A DNA stretch of 64,000 nt, taken from the NCBI GenBank assembly GCA_951813015.1, contig CATOTG010000002.1, positions 402,101 through 466,100 of the forward strand, read 5' to 3'. Shown piece after piece: positions 30,422 through 40,766 of the stretch (the stretch's first letter is position 1; each line of letters begins with the position of its first letter). Made by a program: the position numbers and the translations under genes. Under the pieces are notes generated by a model that saw only the letters and a program-made list of their open reading frames with translations, was not told where the DNA came from and ran no database searches. Origin of the DNA: an uncultured Thermoanaerobaculia bacterium. GTDB lineage: Bacteria > Acidobacteriota > Thermoanaerobaculia > Multivoradales > Multivoraceae.

Positions 30422-31597
30422 TCACCGCGCGCCCCCGGACGACGCGGCTCGGGAGTCTTCGAGAAAGGCCCGGAGTTCGGTCCGCACGACCGCCGGATCG
30501 AGGTCGGCAACGATCTCGCCCCGGCCCGGGGCCGCCGGCAGAATCCACACCAGCCCGCTTTCTCGCGCCTTCTTGTCCCGCCCCATCGCGGCAATCAGGC
30601 GGTCGACTTCCAGGTGAACACCCACGCCGCGCTCCACGGCGGCAAGATCGGGCGGCCCCATCCGATCGATCAGCCGCCTGATGCGCTCCGCAAACTGCGG
30701 ATCCAGACCTCGCCGAAGCGCCAGGCGCAACACGAACCTCATGCCGTGAGCCACCGCGTCGCCGTGACGCAGGCCCCGATAACCGAACTCCGCTTCGATC
30801 GCGTGCCCCAGGGTGTGGCCGAAGTTGAGCAGCCGACGGCGGTCGCCCTCTTCCAGATCGGCTTCGACGACGTCGAGCTTGGCCTTGATCGACGCCGCGA
30901 CGACCGGCGTCAGCGCCTCCGCGTCGCCCCCGAGCAGCCGCTCGAGCGACTCCTCCGCCCGATCCAGCAGATCGAGATCAAGCAACGCCGCCATCTTGAC
31001 CACCTCGAACAGCCCGGCCCTCAGTTCGCCGACCGCCAGCGTCCGCAAGCTGTCGATGTCTGCAAGCACGAAGCGCGGATGGTGGAAGGCGCCGACCGTG
31101 TTCTTGCCGCCGGGCAGGTCGACCCCGGTCTTGCCGCCGACCGACGCGTCGACCTGGGCCAGCAGCGTGGTCGGAATCTGGATGTAGTCGATGCCGCGCA
31201 GGAAGCAGGCGGCGACGAAGCCGCCCAGATCGCCTACCGAACCGCCGCCGAGCGTGACCAGCCGGCTGTCCCGTTTGCCGCCGAGCGCGAGCATCTGCCG
31301 CCAGACCGAGGCGGCGCACTCGAGCGTCTTCGCCGCCTCGCCGTCAGGCGCCTCGATCGTCTCGATCCGGGCCGCGCCGGCGGTCTCGAGCAAGTGCCGT
31401 GCCGCGGCGCCGCAGTAACGATCGGGCGCCTCGCTCGTGAGCAGGAACACGACCCGGCCCCGGCACCACGCCGCCACGCCGCCAAGCTCGCCCTGAGCGC
31501 CCGCGGCCAGCAGACCCGGGCCGACGAGAATCTCGCTCACCCCCCGGGGATGCGCGAGCGTCAGACGGTGCGGTTCGCCCCCGGCGTGCCCGGTCAA
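30422..31597 (-). CDS. aroB: 3-dehydroquinate synthase
   Basis: GGGSVGDLGGFVAA...QIPTTLLAQVDASVGGKTGVDLPGGKNTVGAFHHP...HTLGHAIE metal and NAD site motifs. Confidence 0.85.
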   Translation of the reverse strand: MTGHAGGEPHRLTLAHPRGVSEILVGPGLLAAGAQGELGGVAAWCRGRVVFLLTSEAPDRYCGAAARHLLETAGAARIETIEAPDGEAAKTLECAASVWRQMLALGGKRDSRLVTLGGGSVGDLGGFVAACFLRGIDYIQIPTTLLAQVDASVGGKTGVDLPGGKNTVGAFHHPRFVLADIDSLRTLAVGELRAGLFEVVKMAALLDLDLLDRAEESLERLLGGDAEALTPVVAASIKAKLDVVEADLEEGDRRRLLNFGHTLGHAIEAEFGYRGLRHGDAVAHGMRFVLRLALRRGLDPQFAERIRRLIDRMGPPDLAAVERGVGVHLEVDRLIAAMGRDKKARESGLVWILPAAPGRGEIVADLDPAVVRTELRAFLEDSRAASSGGAR

Positions 31598-31715
31598 GGC
31601 AGCCTCCCTGGCGCCTGCTCCGCAGACGCACCGCCGCGAGCGGCGCAGCGCGGGGTCGCGGCGAGGCTGGGGCTGCTGGGGCCAAACATGGAGGCCTGCG
31701 ACAAGGTTGGCGGCT

Positions 31716-33482
31716 CTAGCCGCCCGCGGGCCGCGGGCGCAGGCGCAGCCCCAGGTCGAGCAACTGCTCCTGGTCGACCGTCGACGGCGCTTCGGTCATC
31801 AGGCACAACGCCGACGCGGTCTTCGGGAAGGCGATCACGTCGCGCAGCGAACCGGCCCCTGCCATCAGCATGACGATCCGGTCGACGCCAAGGGCGATGC
31901 CGCCGTGCGGCGGCGCGCCGTAGCTCAGCGCCTCGAACAGGAACCCGAAACGCCGCTCCGCCTCCTCGGCGTCGATCCCGAGCAGCGCGAGCACCCGCTT
32001 CTGCAGTTCCCGCTGGTGAATCCGGATCGAGCCGCCGCCGATCTCGTTGCCGTTGAGCACGACATCGTAGGCGCGCGAGCGAACCGAGCCCGGATCACTC
32101 TCCAGACGGTCCAGGTCGGACATGCGCGGCGAGGTGAACGGATGATGGGTCGCGTTCCAGCGCCCCTCGTCGCCGTTCCAGTCGACCAGGGGAAAATCGT
32201 GCACCCACAGGAACTCGTGGGCATCCTCGCGCATGTGGCCGAAGCGCCGGCCGACTTCTTCTCGCAACGCGCCAAGCGCGGCCGCCGCGGTCGGCGCCGG
32301 GCCGGCGACCAAAAGACCCATCCCGCCCTCCTCGACGCCCAGCCGGTCGGCGAGGGTCTCGACCTGCGCCGGAGTCAGCGCGTTCCTGACCAAAAACGAC
32401 GGCACGCCGTTCTCGCGCTTGACCCAAAGGACGCCCTGGGCGCCGTGGCGGCGGGCAATGTCGGCGTACTCGTCGACCTGCCGCCGGCTCGACCCGGCGG
32501 CCCCCGGTATGTGAACGCCACGCACGACTCCGCCGGCGCCAATCGCCGCCTGAAAGGCGCGGAACTCCGTCTCCCGCAGACAGTCCGTCACGTCCGCGAT
32601 CTCGAGGTCGACCCGCAGGTCGGGACGGTCCGAGCCGTAGCGCGACATCGCGTCGTCGTACGAGAGGCGCGGGTACGAGGCCGGCGGCGTGATCCCGGCG
32701 AGCGGAAACACACGCGAGAACAGGCCCTCGACGAGGCTGTAGACATCCTCCTCGTCGACGAAGGACATCTCCACGTCGATTTGCGTGAACTCGGGCTGAC
32801 GGTCGGCTCGCAGGTCCTCGTCGCGGAAGCAACGCGCGAACTGGACGTAGCGCTCCAGGCCGCTGACCATCAGGATCTGCTTGAACAGCTGCGGCGACTG
32901 GGGCAGGGCGTAGAAGCTGCCGTGGTTCAGGCGGCTCGGGACCAGGTAGTCGCGGGCCCCCTCCGGGGTCGAACGGGTGAGCATCGGCGTCTCGACGTTG
33001 ACGAAGCCCTGCTCGCGGAAGTAGGCGAGCGACTCGATCGTGAAGTCGGACCGCAGCCGCAGGTTGCGCTGCAGGCCTTCCCGCCGCAGATCGAGGAAGC
33101 GGTACTTGAGGCGCGTCTCCTCGCTCGCGTCCTGCGCGCCCTCCATCGCGAAGGGCATCGGCGCCGAGCGAGCCACGATCCTCCCCTCCCGAACCTGCAC
33201 CTCGATCTCGCCGGTCGCCATCTTCGGGTTGACCTTGTCCGGGTCGCGCCGCACGACCGAACCCTCGACCTCGACGACGTACTCGAGACGCGCGGGGTGC
33301 AGGGCCTCCGCCACCTCCGGCGTGCTCTCGGGGTGGACGACGGCCTGGACGACGCCGCTCCGGTCGCGGATGTCGAGGAAGATCACGCCGCCGTGATCGC
33401 GCCGCCGATGGACCCACCCCTGGACCTTCGCCTGTTCGCCGACCTGGTCGGTCGTCAGTGTTCCTGCCCTGGTTCTCTTCAC
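31716..33482 (-). CDS. aspS: aspartyl-tRNA synthetase
   Basis: OB-fold N-domain (VQGWVHRRRDHGGVIFLDIRDRSG), a GAD insertion and class II motifs (FRDEDLRADRQPEFTQID, GGGSIRIHQ, GIALGVDR). GTG start at about 33482. Confidence 0.9.
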   Translation of the reverse strand: MKRTRAGTLTTDQVGEQAKVQGWVHRRRDHGGVIFLDIRDRSGVVQAVVHPESTPEVAEALHPARLEYVVEVEGSVVRRDPDKVNPKMATGEIEVQVREGRIVARSAPMPFAMEGAQDASEETRLKYRFLDLRREGLQRNLRLRSDFTIESLAYFREQGFVNVETPMLTRSTPEGARDYLVPSRLNHGSFYALPQSPQLFKQILMVSGLERYVQFARCFRDEDLRADRQPEFTQIDVEMSFVDEEDVYSLVEGLFSRVFPLAGITPPASYPRLSYDDAMSRYGSDRPDLRVDLEIADVTDCLRETEFRAFQAAIGAGGVVRGVHIPGAAGSSRRQVDEYADIARRHGAQGVLWVKRENGVPSFLVRNALTPAQVETLADRLGVEEGGMGLLVAGPAPTAAAALGALREEVGRRFGHMREDAHEFLWVHDFPLVDWNGDEGRWNATHHPFTSPRMSDLDRLESDPGSVRSRAYDVVLNGNEIGGGSIRIHQRELQKRVLALLGIDAEEAERRFGFLFEALSYGAPPHGGIALGVDRIVMLMAGAGSLRDVIAFPKTASALCLMTEAPSTVDQEQLLDLGLRLRPRPAGG

Positions 33483-33570
33483 TTGCTGATCCGATGTGCC
33501 GTGTTGTTGGCCGGGCCCGCTTTCCGCGCAAGTCGGAGGCGGGTCCGCGAAGCTCCCGATCCTCGCACAA

Positions 33571-34875
33571 CTACCGCTCTTCGTGGGCGGCGATCCTCTC
33601 GGCGACGGCCGCCGCAAAACCGTCCCGCGGAATCGGCGCCTGGGTACGCTCCCAAAAGTCCCTCAAGAGGACCTCTCCCTTCCTCTCTTCGTCCTCGCCA
33701 AACAGCACGATCCACCGGCACTCGTGGCGGGCCGCCTGCTTCAGTCGAGCCTTGAGAGGCCGGAGTGAATCGAACTCGCAGATCGCAGGAATGCCGACAT
33801 CGCGCAGCTCCTGCGCCAGCGTCATGCCGTGCCGGCGGTACGCGCTGCCGATCGGTATCACGCACACGGGCTTGCGGCGATCGGCCTCGGCCTTGAGTCG
33901 CGCAAGGGCGCCGGGGATCTGCAGAACCAGGTCGACCAGCCGGTCCTCGCCGATCGCGAAACCGATTCCGGGCACACTCGGACCACCGAGTTCGGCGATC
34001 AGACCGTCGTAGCGGCCCCCGCCCAGGATCGCATTCTGAGCGCCCAGGCCCGCGGACGTGATCTCGAACACGGTCCGGGTGTAGTAGTCGAGGCCACGCA
34101 CGAGCCTGTCCTCAACCCGGTGAGCGACACCGGCCTGGACCAGTTGCTCGCGCACCTCCTGGAAGTGGTCGTGAGCCCGGCCGCCCAGGTCATCGAACAA
34201 CCGCGGCGCGTTCTCAAGCAACTCCCGCTCCCCGGGCGCCTTCGTGTCGAGTATGCGAAGGGGATTCGTCTCCAGCCTTCGGCGGCTGTCCGCGCCCAGT
34301 TCCTCCCGGTACGGTTCGAGGAACTCCCGCAGACGCTTCGAGTAGCGCTGCCGGCATTCCACATCGCCGACCGAGTTGAGGCCCACCTCGAGGTCGTCGA
34401 AGCCGAGTTCCTCCAGGAAGCGCACCAGCATGACCAGAAGCTCGACATCGCTGCAGGGCCCCGGATCATCGATCAGCTCGGCGCCGATCTGGTGAAACTG
34501 ACGGTAGCGGCCTTCCTGGGGGCGCTCGTAGCGAAAGTAAGGCCCCATGTAGAAGACCTTGACCGGCTGCGGCCCCGACGCCCAGTTGTTCTGCAGGTAG
34601 GCGCGGGCCACCGGCGCCGTGCCTTCCGGGCGGAGCGTCAGGCTGCGCCCCTTCTTGTCGTCGAAGGTGTACATCTGCTTGCCGACGATCTCGCTGCCCT
34701 CGCCCACACCGCGCACGAACAGTTCCGTCTCCTCGACGACCGGCGTACGCACCTCGCGGTAGCCGTAGAGCGAGAACACCTCTCGCGCCTTCGCCTCGAC
34801 GTACGCAAAGACAGGGGCCTTGCCGACCACGTCGTGCATCCCCTTGACGGTCTGAAATCGTCGCTTCGCAGTCAT
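33571..34875 (-). CDS. hisS: histidyl-tRNA synthetase
   Basis: 434 aa from MTAKRRFQTVKGMHD (ATG 34873-34875). Class II motifs and a C-terminal anticodon-binding domain. The track ORF has a spurious 238-aa extension. Confidence 0.9.
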   Translation of the reverse strand: MTAKRRFQTVKGMHDVVGKAPVFAYVEAKAREVFSLYGYREVRTPVVEETELFVRGVGEGSEIVGKQMYTFDDKKGRSLTLRPEGTAPVARAYLQNNWASGPQPVKVFYMGPYFRYERPQEGRYRQFHQIGAELIDDPGPCSDVELLVMLVRFLEELGFDDLEVGLNSVGDVECRQRYSKRLREFLEPYREELGADSRRRLETNPLRILDTKAPGERELLENAPRLFDDLGGRAHDHFQEVREQLVQAGVAHRVEDRLVRGLDYYTRTVFEITSAGLGAQNAILGGGRYDGLIAELGGPSVPGIGFAIGEDRLVDLVLQIPGALARLKAEADRRKPVCVIPIGSAYRRHGMTLAQELRDVGIPAICEFDSLRPLKARLKQAARHECRWIVLFGEDEERKGEVLLRDFWERTQAPIPRDGFAAAVAERIAAHEER

Positions 34876-35090
34876 GGGGCCGATCGTATCCACCCCGCGT
34901 GCGGCGGCGCCGCGTTCCCCGGTCGCATCGTCCGAAGCCGCCGTCTTTTCCCGCGTCCGGCGCATCGCCGGATCTGCAGGTGCTCTACAGCGTTCGCAGT
35001 GACCGGCAGTTGACGGAACGCCTGGCGCTCCACCTGCCATCAAATCACCGCGGTGGATCCCTGCCGCGGGACGAGCTCCGCCGGAAGCCG

Positions 35091-35687
35091 CTAGGCCTTC
35101 CGGAACACCCGGTCCACGACCGCCCAAAGCGCGTCCATGTCGAGTTCGATCTCGGGAACCGCGGCGGACCGGTAGCTCGACCCGTCCGGCGTCCGCTCGA
35201 CGAAGTCCTCGTCCTCGCGAACCAGGAAGCTGATCCGGCGCTGTTTCGGATCGACCACCCAGTACTCGCCGACCCCGTGCTCGCGGTAGAGGTTCAGCTT
35301 GTAGACCCGATCGCGTGAGGCAGTGCCGGGGGACAGCACCTCGACGAGCAGGTCGGGCGGCCCCTCCACCCAACTCTCGATCAAGTCGCGCCGTTGCTTC
35401 GAGATGAAGATCACATCCGGTTGCACCACGGAGTGATCGACGAGGTGGACGTCCATCGGCGCCACCAACGTCACGCCGGCCGTGCGCTCGGCAACGTCGT
35501 AGAACAACCGGTGCAGGTAGCCCACGACGATCTGATGGACGGCGAGCGGGCTCGGACTCAGGTAGAACCTCCCATAGAGGAGTTCGCAACGCGGTTCGTC
35601 GGGAAGGGTCACGTAGTCGCGGCGGCGGTACGGACCCAGGCTGCGCGGCAAGGTCCGCGGCGGCTGGTCGAGCAACGTCACGGTCAT
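35091..35687 (-). CDS. Uma2-family (DUF820) PD-(D/E)xK-like endonuclease
   Basis: MTVTLLDQP..., EYWVVDP and PDLLVEVLSP signature blocks of the Uma2 / putative restriction endonuclease family. Confidence 0.75.
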   Translation of the reverse strand: MTVTLLDQPPRTLPRSLGPYRRRDYVTLPDEPRCELLYGRFYLSPSPLAVHQIVVGYLHRLFYDVAERTAGVTLVAPMDVHLVDHSVVQPDVIFISKQRRDLIESWVEGPPDLLVEVLSPGTASRDRVYKLNLYREHGVGEYWVVDPKQRRISFLVREDEDFVERTPDGSSYRSAAVPEIELDMDALWAVVDRVFRKA

Positions 35688-35846
35688 GCAGGGGAGTATA
35701 CGGAGCGGTGTCGGCGGCCGCCCAGGCAGCGGCGAAACGGACAGGAACCGTTGACGCATGGACGAGGCGGCGACCGCGGGCCGTTCGCCAGGCCAGGCAG
35801 ACGTCGTCCGACTCGGTGGTAGCGTTTCGGCAGGGACGAATCGACG

Positions 35847-36977
35847 GTGCAGATCGAACTCTCCGAACGCCAGCGCGCCACGGTCGCCGCCGCCGCGACG
35901 ATTGCCGCGGCCGCCGTCATCCTGGCCGCGGTCGTTGCCTTGTTCTGGGCCATCGGCAGCTTCTTCGCCGCCTTCTCGAACGTCTTCCTGCCGCTGGCGG
36001 TCGCGGCGGTGCTCGCGTTCGTGCTCAGGCCCTACTACGAACTGCTGAACGAACGGCTGCGGTTCCCGAGAATCCTCGCCGTGGCGGCCGTGCTGCTGTC
36101 CCTGCTTCTGCCGCTCGTCGGCTTCGCCTGGTTCTTCGGCGCGATGGCGGCGTCACAGATCGACGAGCTGTTCGAGGCGCTCCCTGAGGCGTGGGAGCGC
36201 CTCGTCGCCTGGACGGCCGATATCTCGCCCGTCGTGACCGACTTCCTGGAAACGAACCCGGTCGCGATCAGGGTCCAGGAGGCATTCGAGGGCGGAGATT
36301 CGAACCTGTTGGCGAGCTTCGGCATCGTCGGCGACGGGGCCCTGGGGGTCCTCCGGAGCATCGGCGCCGGCCTCGCCTCGCTCTTCGCCTGGGCCGTGCT
36401 GCCGGTCTATCTGTGCTTCTTCCTGATCGTCGAACCGGACCGGTTCCGCAAGCTCGATCACCTCTTCCCGTTCCTCAAGCCGAGGACGCGCAAGGACGTG
36501 ATCTACCTGATCCGGGAGTTCATCGACATCCTGGTCGCGTTCTTCCGCGGCCAGCTCGTCATCGCCTTTCTCCAGGGCGCGCTCTTCGCAATCGGTTTCC
36601 AGGTGGCCGGCCTGCGCTACGGCCTGGTCCTGGGCCTGATGCTCGGCTTCCTCAACATCATTCCCTACCTGGGCAGCATCGTCGGCCTGGCGGTGGCGCT
36701 GCCGATCGGCTACTGGCAGCGGGACGGCGGGCTGGACCTCGTGATCTGGGTCGTCGTCGTGTTCGCCCTCGTCCAGCTGATCGAGGCCTACGTGCTGACG
36801 CCGCGGATCATGGGCGACCGAACCGGCCTCCACCCGATGGCGATCATCGTCGCCGTGTTCTTCTGGGGCTCGGCCCTCAACGGCATCGCCGGCATGATCC
36901 TGGCCATCCCGCTGACGGCCTTCCTGGTCGTCTTCTGGCGGTTGGCCCGGGAGCGTTACATCGGCGAGGTGCTGTAG
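35847..36977 (+). CDS. AI-2E family transporter (PerM/YhhT-like permease)
   Basis: 8-TM protein with the conserved LGLMLGFLNIIPYLGSIVG region. GTG start at 35847. Confidence 0.8.
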   Translation: MQIELSERQRATVAAAATIAAAAVILAAVVALFWAIGSFFAAFSNVFLPLAVAAVLAFVLRPYYELLNERLRFPRILAVAAVLLSLLLPLVGFAWFFGAMAASQIDELFEALPEAWERLVAWTADISPVVTDFLETNPVAIRVQEAFEGGDSNLLASFGIVGDGALGVLRSIGAGLASLFAWAVLPVYLCFFLIVEPDRFRKLDHLFPFLKPRTRKDVIYLIREFIDILVAFFRGQLVIAFLQGALFAIGFQVAGLRYGLVLGLMLGFLNIIPYLGSIVGLAVALPIGYWQRDGGLDLVIWVVVVFALVQLIEAYVLTPRIMGDRTGLHPMAIIVAVFFWGSALNGIAGMILAIPLTAFLVVFWRLARERYIGEVL

Positions 36978-37012
36978 GCGTCCGGCAAGAGCAAGAGGCC
37001 GCCTGCGGGACG

Positions 37013-37066
37013 GGCGCCTGACCGCTCTCGGTGCGACGCGGACTTTCACCACGGGCTCTCAAGGCC
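37013..37066. repeat. about 50-bp intergenic repeat (copy 2) between the convergent AI-2E transporter gene and addA
   Basis: See copy 1. It lies in a convergent (terminator-side) gap, whereas copy 1 lies in a divergent promoter gap. Confidence 0.7.
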
Positions 37067-37157
37067 GCGGCTGCAGGCGCCCGTTCATCCGTCAGCTTCG
37101 GAGAAGCTCTTCGAGAGGCGGGTCGGGCGGCGCCGGGACCTCCCGAGCCCGCGCGGG

Positions 37158-40100
37158 CTACAACAGCACCAGGCGGCCCGACGCCGGCGCGCCGGTCAGT
37201 TGCTCCAGGGCGTAGCAGTACCAACGCACCTGCCGGCGATACAGGTCGCCGCGGGTCATGCCGTTCGCGCCGGAATCGCCAGCGGCCGGCGCCTCGAGAT
37301 CGCCGAGATCCGTCTTCCAGTCGACGACGATCCACTTGCCGCCGTCCTCCAGGTAGGCGAGGTCGATCGCGCCCTCGACGATCCGGCGCTCCCCGTCGCC
37401 GGCCAAAGGGAGGAGAAAGGGCGTCTCGCGCAGGACCCGCCGCGAGGCTCGGGCCGCTTCCGCCGCCGGGCTCGCGAGGGCCGCGGCCACCACGGTTTCG
37501 GCGACTTCGATCTCCGGCCCGGTCGCGCCCAGCAGGGCGCCGTGAAGGCGGGCCAGTTCGCGGATTCGCTGCCGCTCGCCGCCAAGCGGCGCGTCGCGAA
37601 GCACAGTGTGGACCAGACTGCCGAAGCGCCTGCCTCCTGGCCGATCGCGGACACGCTCCAGTTCTTCCACCCTCACCTCGGCCGAACCGGGCGGTTCAAA
37701 GTCCAGGTCGGTCACCGCCTCGGGACTCACCGTTGGACGGCTGCCCCGCTCGAGCAGTTCCCCCGTCCGGTCACGCCAGCGCTCGAACCGTTCGCGGCTC
37801 GCCTCGGCGACAGCGCCTCCGCCGGCGACCAGGAGATCCTCGCCCAGCAGCCCGTACCTGGAGGGCGGCTGCTGGTCCACGAGCGCGGCGTCCCACCAGA
37901 CGACATCGTAAGCCGGCGCCTCGTCGCCCGCCCCGTCGGCACTGGCGGCTGCGGGAAACCGGTAGCGACCGGGCCTGACCGACTTCTCGGGCCCGCGGTC
38001 GTCGTCCGACGGGCGCACCGCCACCGATCGATCGCCGAACTCGGGGCACCCCGCGGCGGGTTCGGACCGCCGCCAGTTCTTTGACCCCGGATACACCGCG
38101 TCGTTCAGGCACTCGATCCACCCCGGGCGCTTCTCGTCGCCGACGGCCGGCACGACGAGCAGGTCGCGGGCCCGCGTTGCCGCCACGTAGGCGACGCGGA
38201 CGCCCTCCGCTTCCTCCCGCCTGTCCTCGACGTCCGCCGCCTCGACCAGCTCCTGCGGCGCCAGCCCGAGCAGTTTCGCCGCGCACAGGCCTTCTTCGCT
38301 CTTCAACGTCCGCTCGGCCCCGCGCGACAGCCTGGCGGTCATGTCCGCAAGGATGACGACCGGGAACTCCAGGCCCTTCGCCGTGTGGACGGTCATCACG
38401 CGGACGCCGTCCGCGTCTTCCTCGACCACCGGCGCCTGCGTGCTTCCGACCCGCTCCGCCTCCTCGTCCAACTGCTCCACGAAACCGCGGAACGAGCGGC
38501 CACCGGCGACTTCGTAGCGGCGCGCCAGATCGCAGACGCGCTGCGCGTTGCCCAGCACCTGGTTGCCCGCGGGCCGGAGCGCCATCGCCGCCTGCGCGCG
38601 CGGCTTGGCAAGGATCTCCTGCACGGTCTGCACGATCGGCCGATAGTTCCGTCGGCGGTGAAGCGTGCCGAGGAAGTCGAGGACATCGACCAGGGAGGCG
38701 AACTCGGGCGGCGACTCGCCGTCCTCCCGGACTTTGCGCGGCGAGTAGAGGGGATGCCAGTTGCCGTAGCGCGTCTTGAACCGCAGCAGCAGATCGTCGT
38801 CAAAGGCGAAGAGGGATCCCCGAAGCGTCGCGTACACACTGAGGCGGTCGTCGGGCCACTCGACCGCCGTCAGCGCGGACCGAAGCGCCTCGACTTCCTC
38901 CCGTTCGTGGAAGGAACGGGCGCCGATCAGAAGATGCGGAATGCCGAAGGCCTCCAGGCCGCGGACATAGTCGCGGGCCGTGTCCTGGTTCCAGCTCAGG
39001 AAGCGCCGGAACAGCAGGCACACGTGCCGCGCCTCGACCGGTATCCGCTTCAGCCGGCCCGGATTCGCCGGATCGGGGACCTCGACCTTCCAGCCGCTCT
39101 CCTCGATCAGCCAGCGCACGAACGCGACCGTCGCGTACGGCTGGCACGCCTCGATGCTCTTCTGGGCGACGTTGCGGTACCCGTAAGGCCTGGGCGGCGG
39201 CAGCACGACAACCTGGGGCTGGCCAGGAATCGCCTCGCGGTGTTCTCCCAGGGGTATGTAGTCGGCGCTTCCGGCCGTCTTGTCGCCGGTCATCAACGGA
39301 GCGAACGCCGCGTTGACCAGCCGCTGAATGGGCGCCGCGGAACGGAAGCTGGTCGCAAGCTGCAGGACCTCGACGCCGCGTTCCGCGAGCCTCTCCTTGA
39401 CCTCCTGATAAAGCACGACATCCGCCCGGCGGAAGCGGTAGATCGACTGCTTCGGATCGCCGACCAGGAACAACTTGCCGGGGGCCGGCGTCACCCGCCG
39501 CCAATCGTCCTGATCCGGGTCGTCGGCCGCCAGCAGGAGCAGGATCTCGGCTTGCAGAGGGTCCGTATCCTGGAACTCGTCGACGAACAGGTGGGTATAG
39601 CGTGCCTGCAGATGGCGCCGCACGTCCCGGTCGCGCCGCAGGAGATCGCGAGCCTTGATCAGCAGGTCGTGGAAATCGAGCTTGCCGAGCAGTGTCTTCG
39701 CCTCCTCGTAACGCTCGACGGCGCCCGACAGTTCTTCCTTCAGCAGCGCCGCCAGGTCGGCGTTCGCGTCGCGACTGAACTCGCGCAGCCGATCGGCCAG
39801 CCGGCGCCAGAGTTCGAAGACCTGGTCGCGCCCCACGCCTTCCGCGAAGCGGCCCCTTCCCTTGCGCGGACTCTGGAAGCCGCTCAGGTCGCGCAGCAAC
39901 AGGGCGAGCCGCGCTTCCAACTGGTCAAGGAACGCCTCCCGATCGCCGGCCAGGCCCCCGGCGTTCGGGTCCGTTGGCGGCCCGCCGAGTTGCCTGCTGC
40001 GGACGATCCAGTTCGACAGCTCGACAACGGGCGCCAGACCCCGTCGCAGCAGATCGCCCTTCCGGCCGTGCTGAACCAGTGCGGCCAGCCGCTCGACACG

Positions 40101-40766
40101 GTTGGAGAGCTCGTAGAGCGCCGCCTCCCGATCGAAGTCCGGGCGCCGCCAGGGCGCAGCGAAGTCACGCCAGTCGACGAGGCGCCAGGCGGCCTCACGC
40201 AGCCGGTCGAGCGCCGACTCATTCGGCGACCACCGTCGGACGACAAGGCGCGCCAGTTCCCGTCGCAGTCCCGGCCGCATCGCCTCGAGCTGCTCCTCGA
40301 TCCAGCGCCGGAAGCTGCGGGCGAACAGGCGAGGCGCCTCGTCTTCCGCCAGTTCGCCGAACCCCGGATCGACTCCCGCTTCCACCGGCCGCTCGCGCAG
40401 GATGTCGGCGCACAGGGAGTGGATGGTGCCGATCGCCGCCTGCTCCAGCCGCGAAATCGCGTTCTCCAGCCGTTCCTGCCGCTCGACCGCGGCGCCGGCG
40501 CTTCGCAGCTCGAGCAGACGCGCATCGAGGGCCTGCCGCAGCCGCAGCTTGAGTTCGCCCGCCGCCTTGCGGGTGAAGGTCACCGCCGCCAGCCCATCGA
40601 CCGTGCCGCGGCCCTGCTCCAGGATCGCCACCAGGCGCTCCACCAGCACCGTCGTCTTTCCGGTGCCGGCAGCCGCCTCGACCAGCTGGCTCTCGTCCAG
40701 CGCTTCGCGGATCCGCGCGCGGGCGGCTTCGTCGGCCGGCAGCGTCCGCGCGTCGACGACGCTCAT
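37158..40766 (-). CDS. addA: ATP-dependent helicase/nuclease subunit A (UvrD-family helicase plus C-terminal PD-(D/E)xK nuclease)
   Basis: Walker A AAAGTGKTTVLVERL, UvrD motifs (VDEFQDTDP, TVHTAKGLEFPVVI, VAYVAATRARDLL) and a C-terminal nuclease block GAIDLAYLEDGGKWIVVDWKTD. The ATG at 40764-40766 overlaps the addB TGA (ATGA). Confidence 0.85.
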   Translation of the reverse strand: MSVVDARTLPADEAARARIREALDESQLVEAAAGTGKTTVLVERLVAILEQGRGTVDGLAAVTFTRKAAGELKLRLRQALDARLLELRSAGAAVERQERLENAISRLEQAAIGTIHSLCADILRERPVEAGVDPGFGELAEDEAPRLFARSFRRWIEEQLEAMRPGLRRELARLVVRRWSPNESALDRLREAAWRLVDWRDFAAPWRRPDFDREAALYELSNRVERLAALVQHGRKGDLLRRGLAPVVELSNWIVRSRQLGGPPTDPNAGGLAGDREAFLDQLEARLALLLRDLSGFQSPRKGRGRFAEGVGRDQVFELWRRLADRLREFSRDANADLAALLKEELSGAVERYEEAKTLLGKLDFHDLLIKARDLLRRDRDVRRHLQARYTHLFVDEFQDTDPLQAEILLLLAADDPDQDDWRRVTPAPGKLFLVGDPKQSIYRFRRADVVLYQEVKERLAERGVEVLQLATSFRSAAPIQRLVNAAFAPLMTGDKTAGSADYIPLGEHREAIPGQPQVVVLPPPRPYGYRNVAQKSIEACQPYATVAFVRWLIEESGWKVEVPDPANPGRLKRIPVEARHVCLLFRRFLSWNQDTARDYVRGLEAFGIPHLLIGARSFHEREEVEALRSALTAVEWPDDRLSVYATLRGSLFAFDDDLLLRFKTRYGNWHPLYSPRKVREDGESPPEFASLVDVLDFLGTLHRRRNYRPIVQTVQEILAKPRAQAAMALRPAGNQVLGNAQRVCDLARRYEVAGGRSFRGFVEQLDEEAERVGSTQAPVVEEDADGVRVMTVHTAKGLEFPVVILADMTARLSRGAERTLKSEEGLCAAKLLGLAPQELVEAADVEDRREEAEGVRVAYVAATRARDLLVVPAVGDEKRPGWIECLNDAVYPGSKNWRRSEPAAGCPEFGDRSVAVRPSDDDRGPEKSVRPGRYRFPAAASADGAGDEAPAYDVVWWDAALVDQQPPSRYGLLGEDLLVAGGGAVAEASRERFERWRDRTGELLERGSRPTVSPEAVTDLDFEPPGSAEVRVEELERVRDRPGGRRFGSLVHTVLRDAPLGGERQRIRELARLHGALLGATGPEIEVAETVVAAALASPAAEAARASRRVLRETPFLLPLAGDGERRIVEGAIDLAYLEDGGKWIVVDWKTDLGDLEAPAAGDSGANGMTRGDLYRRQVRWYCYALEQLTGAPASGRLVLL

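Noticed and set aside
36977-37158. Possible small gene or tRNA in the AI-2E/addA gap
   Set aside because: Contains only the ~50-bp repeat copy. No cloverleaf, no ORF with an RBS. Convergent terminators are the likeliest content.
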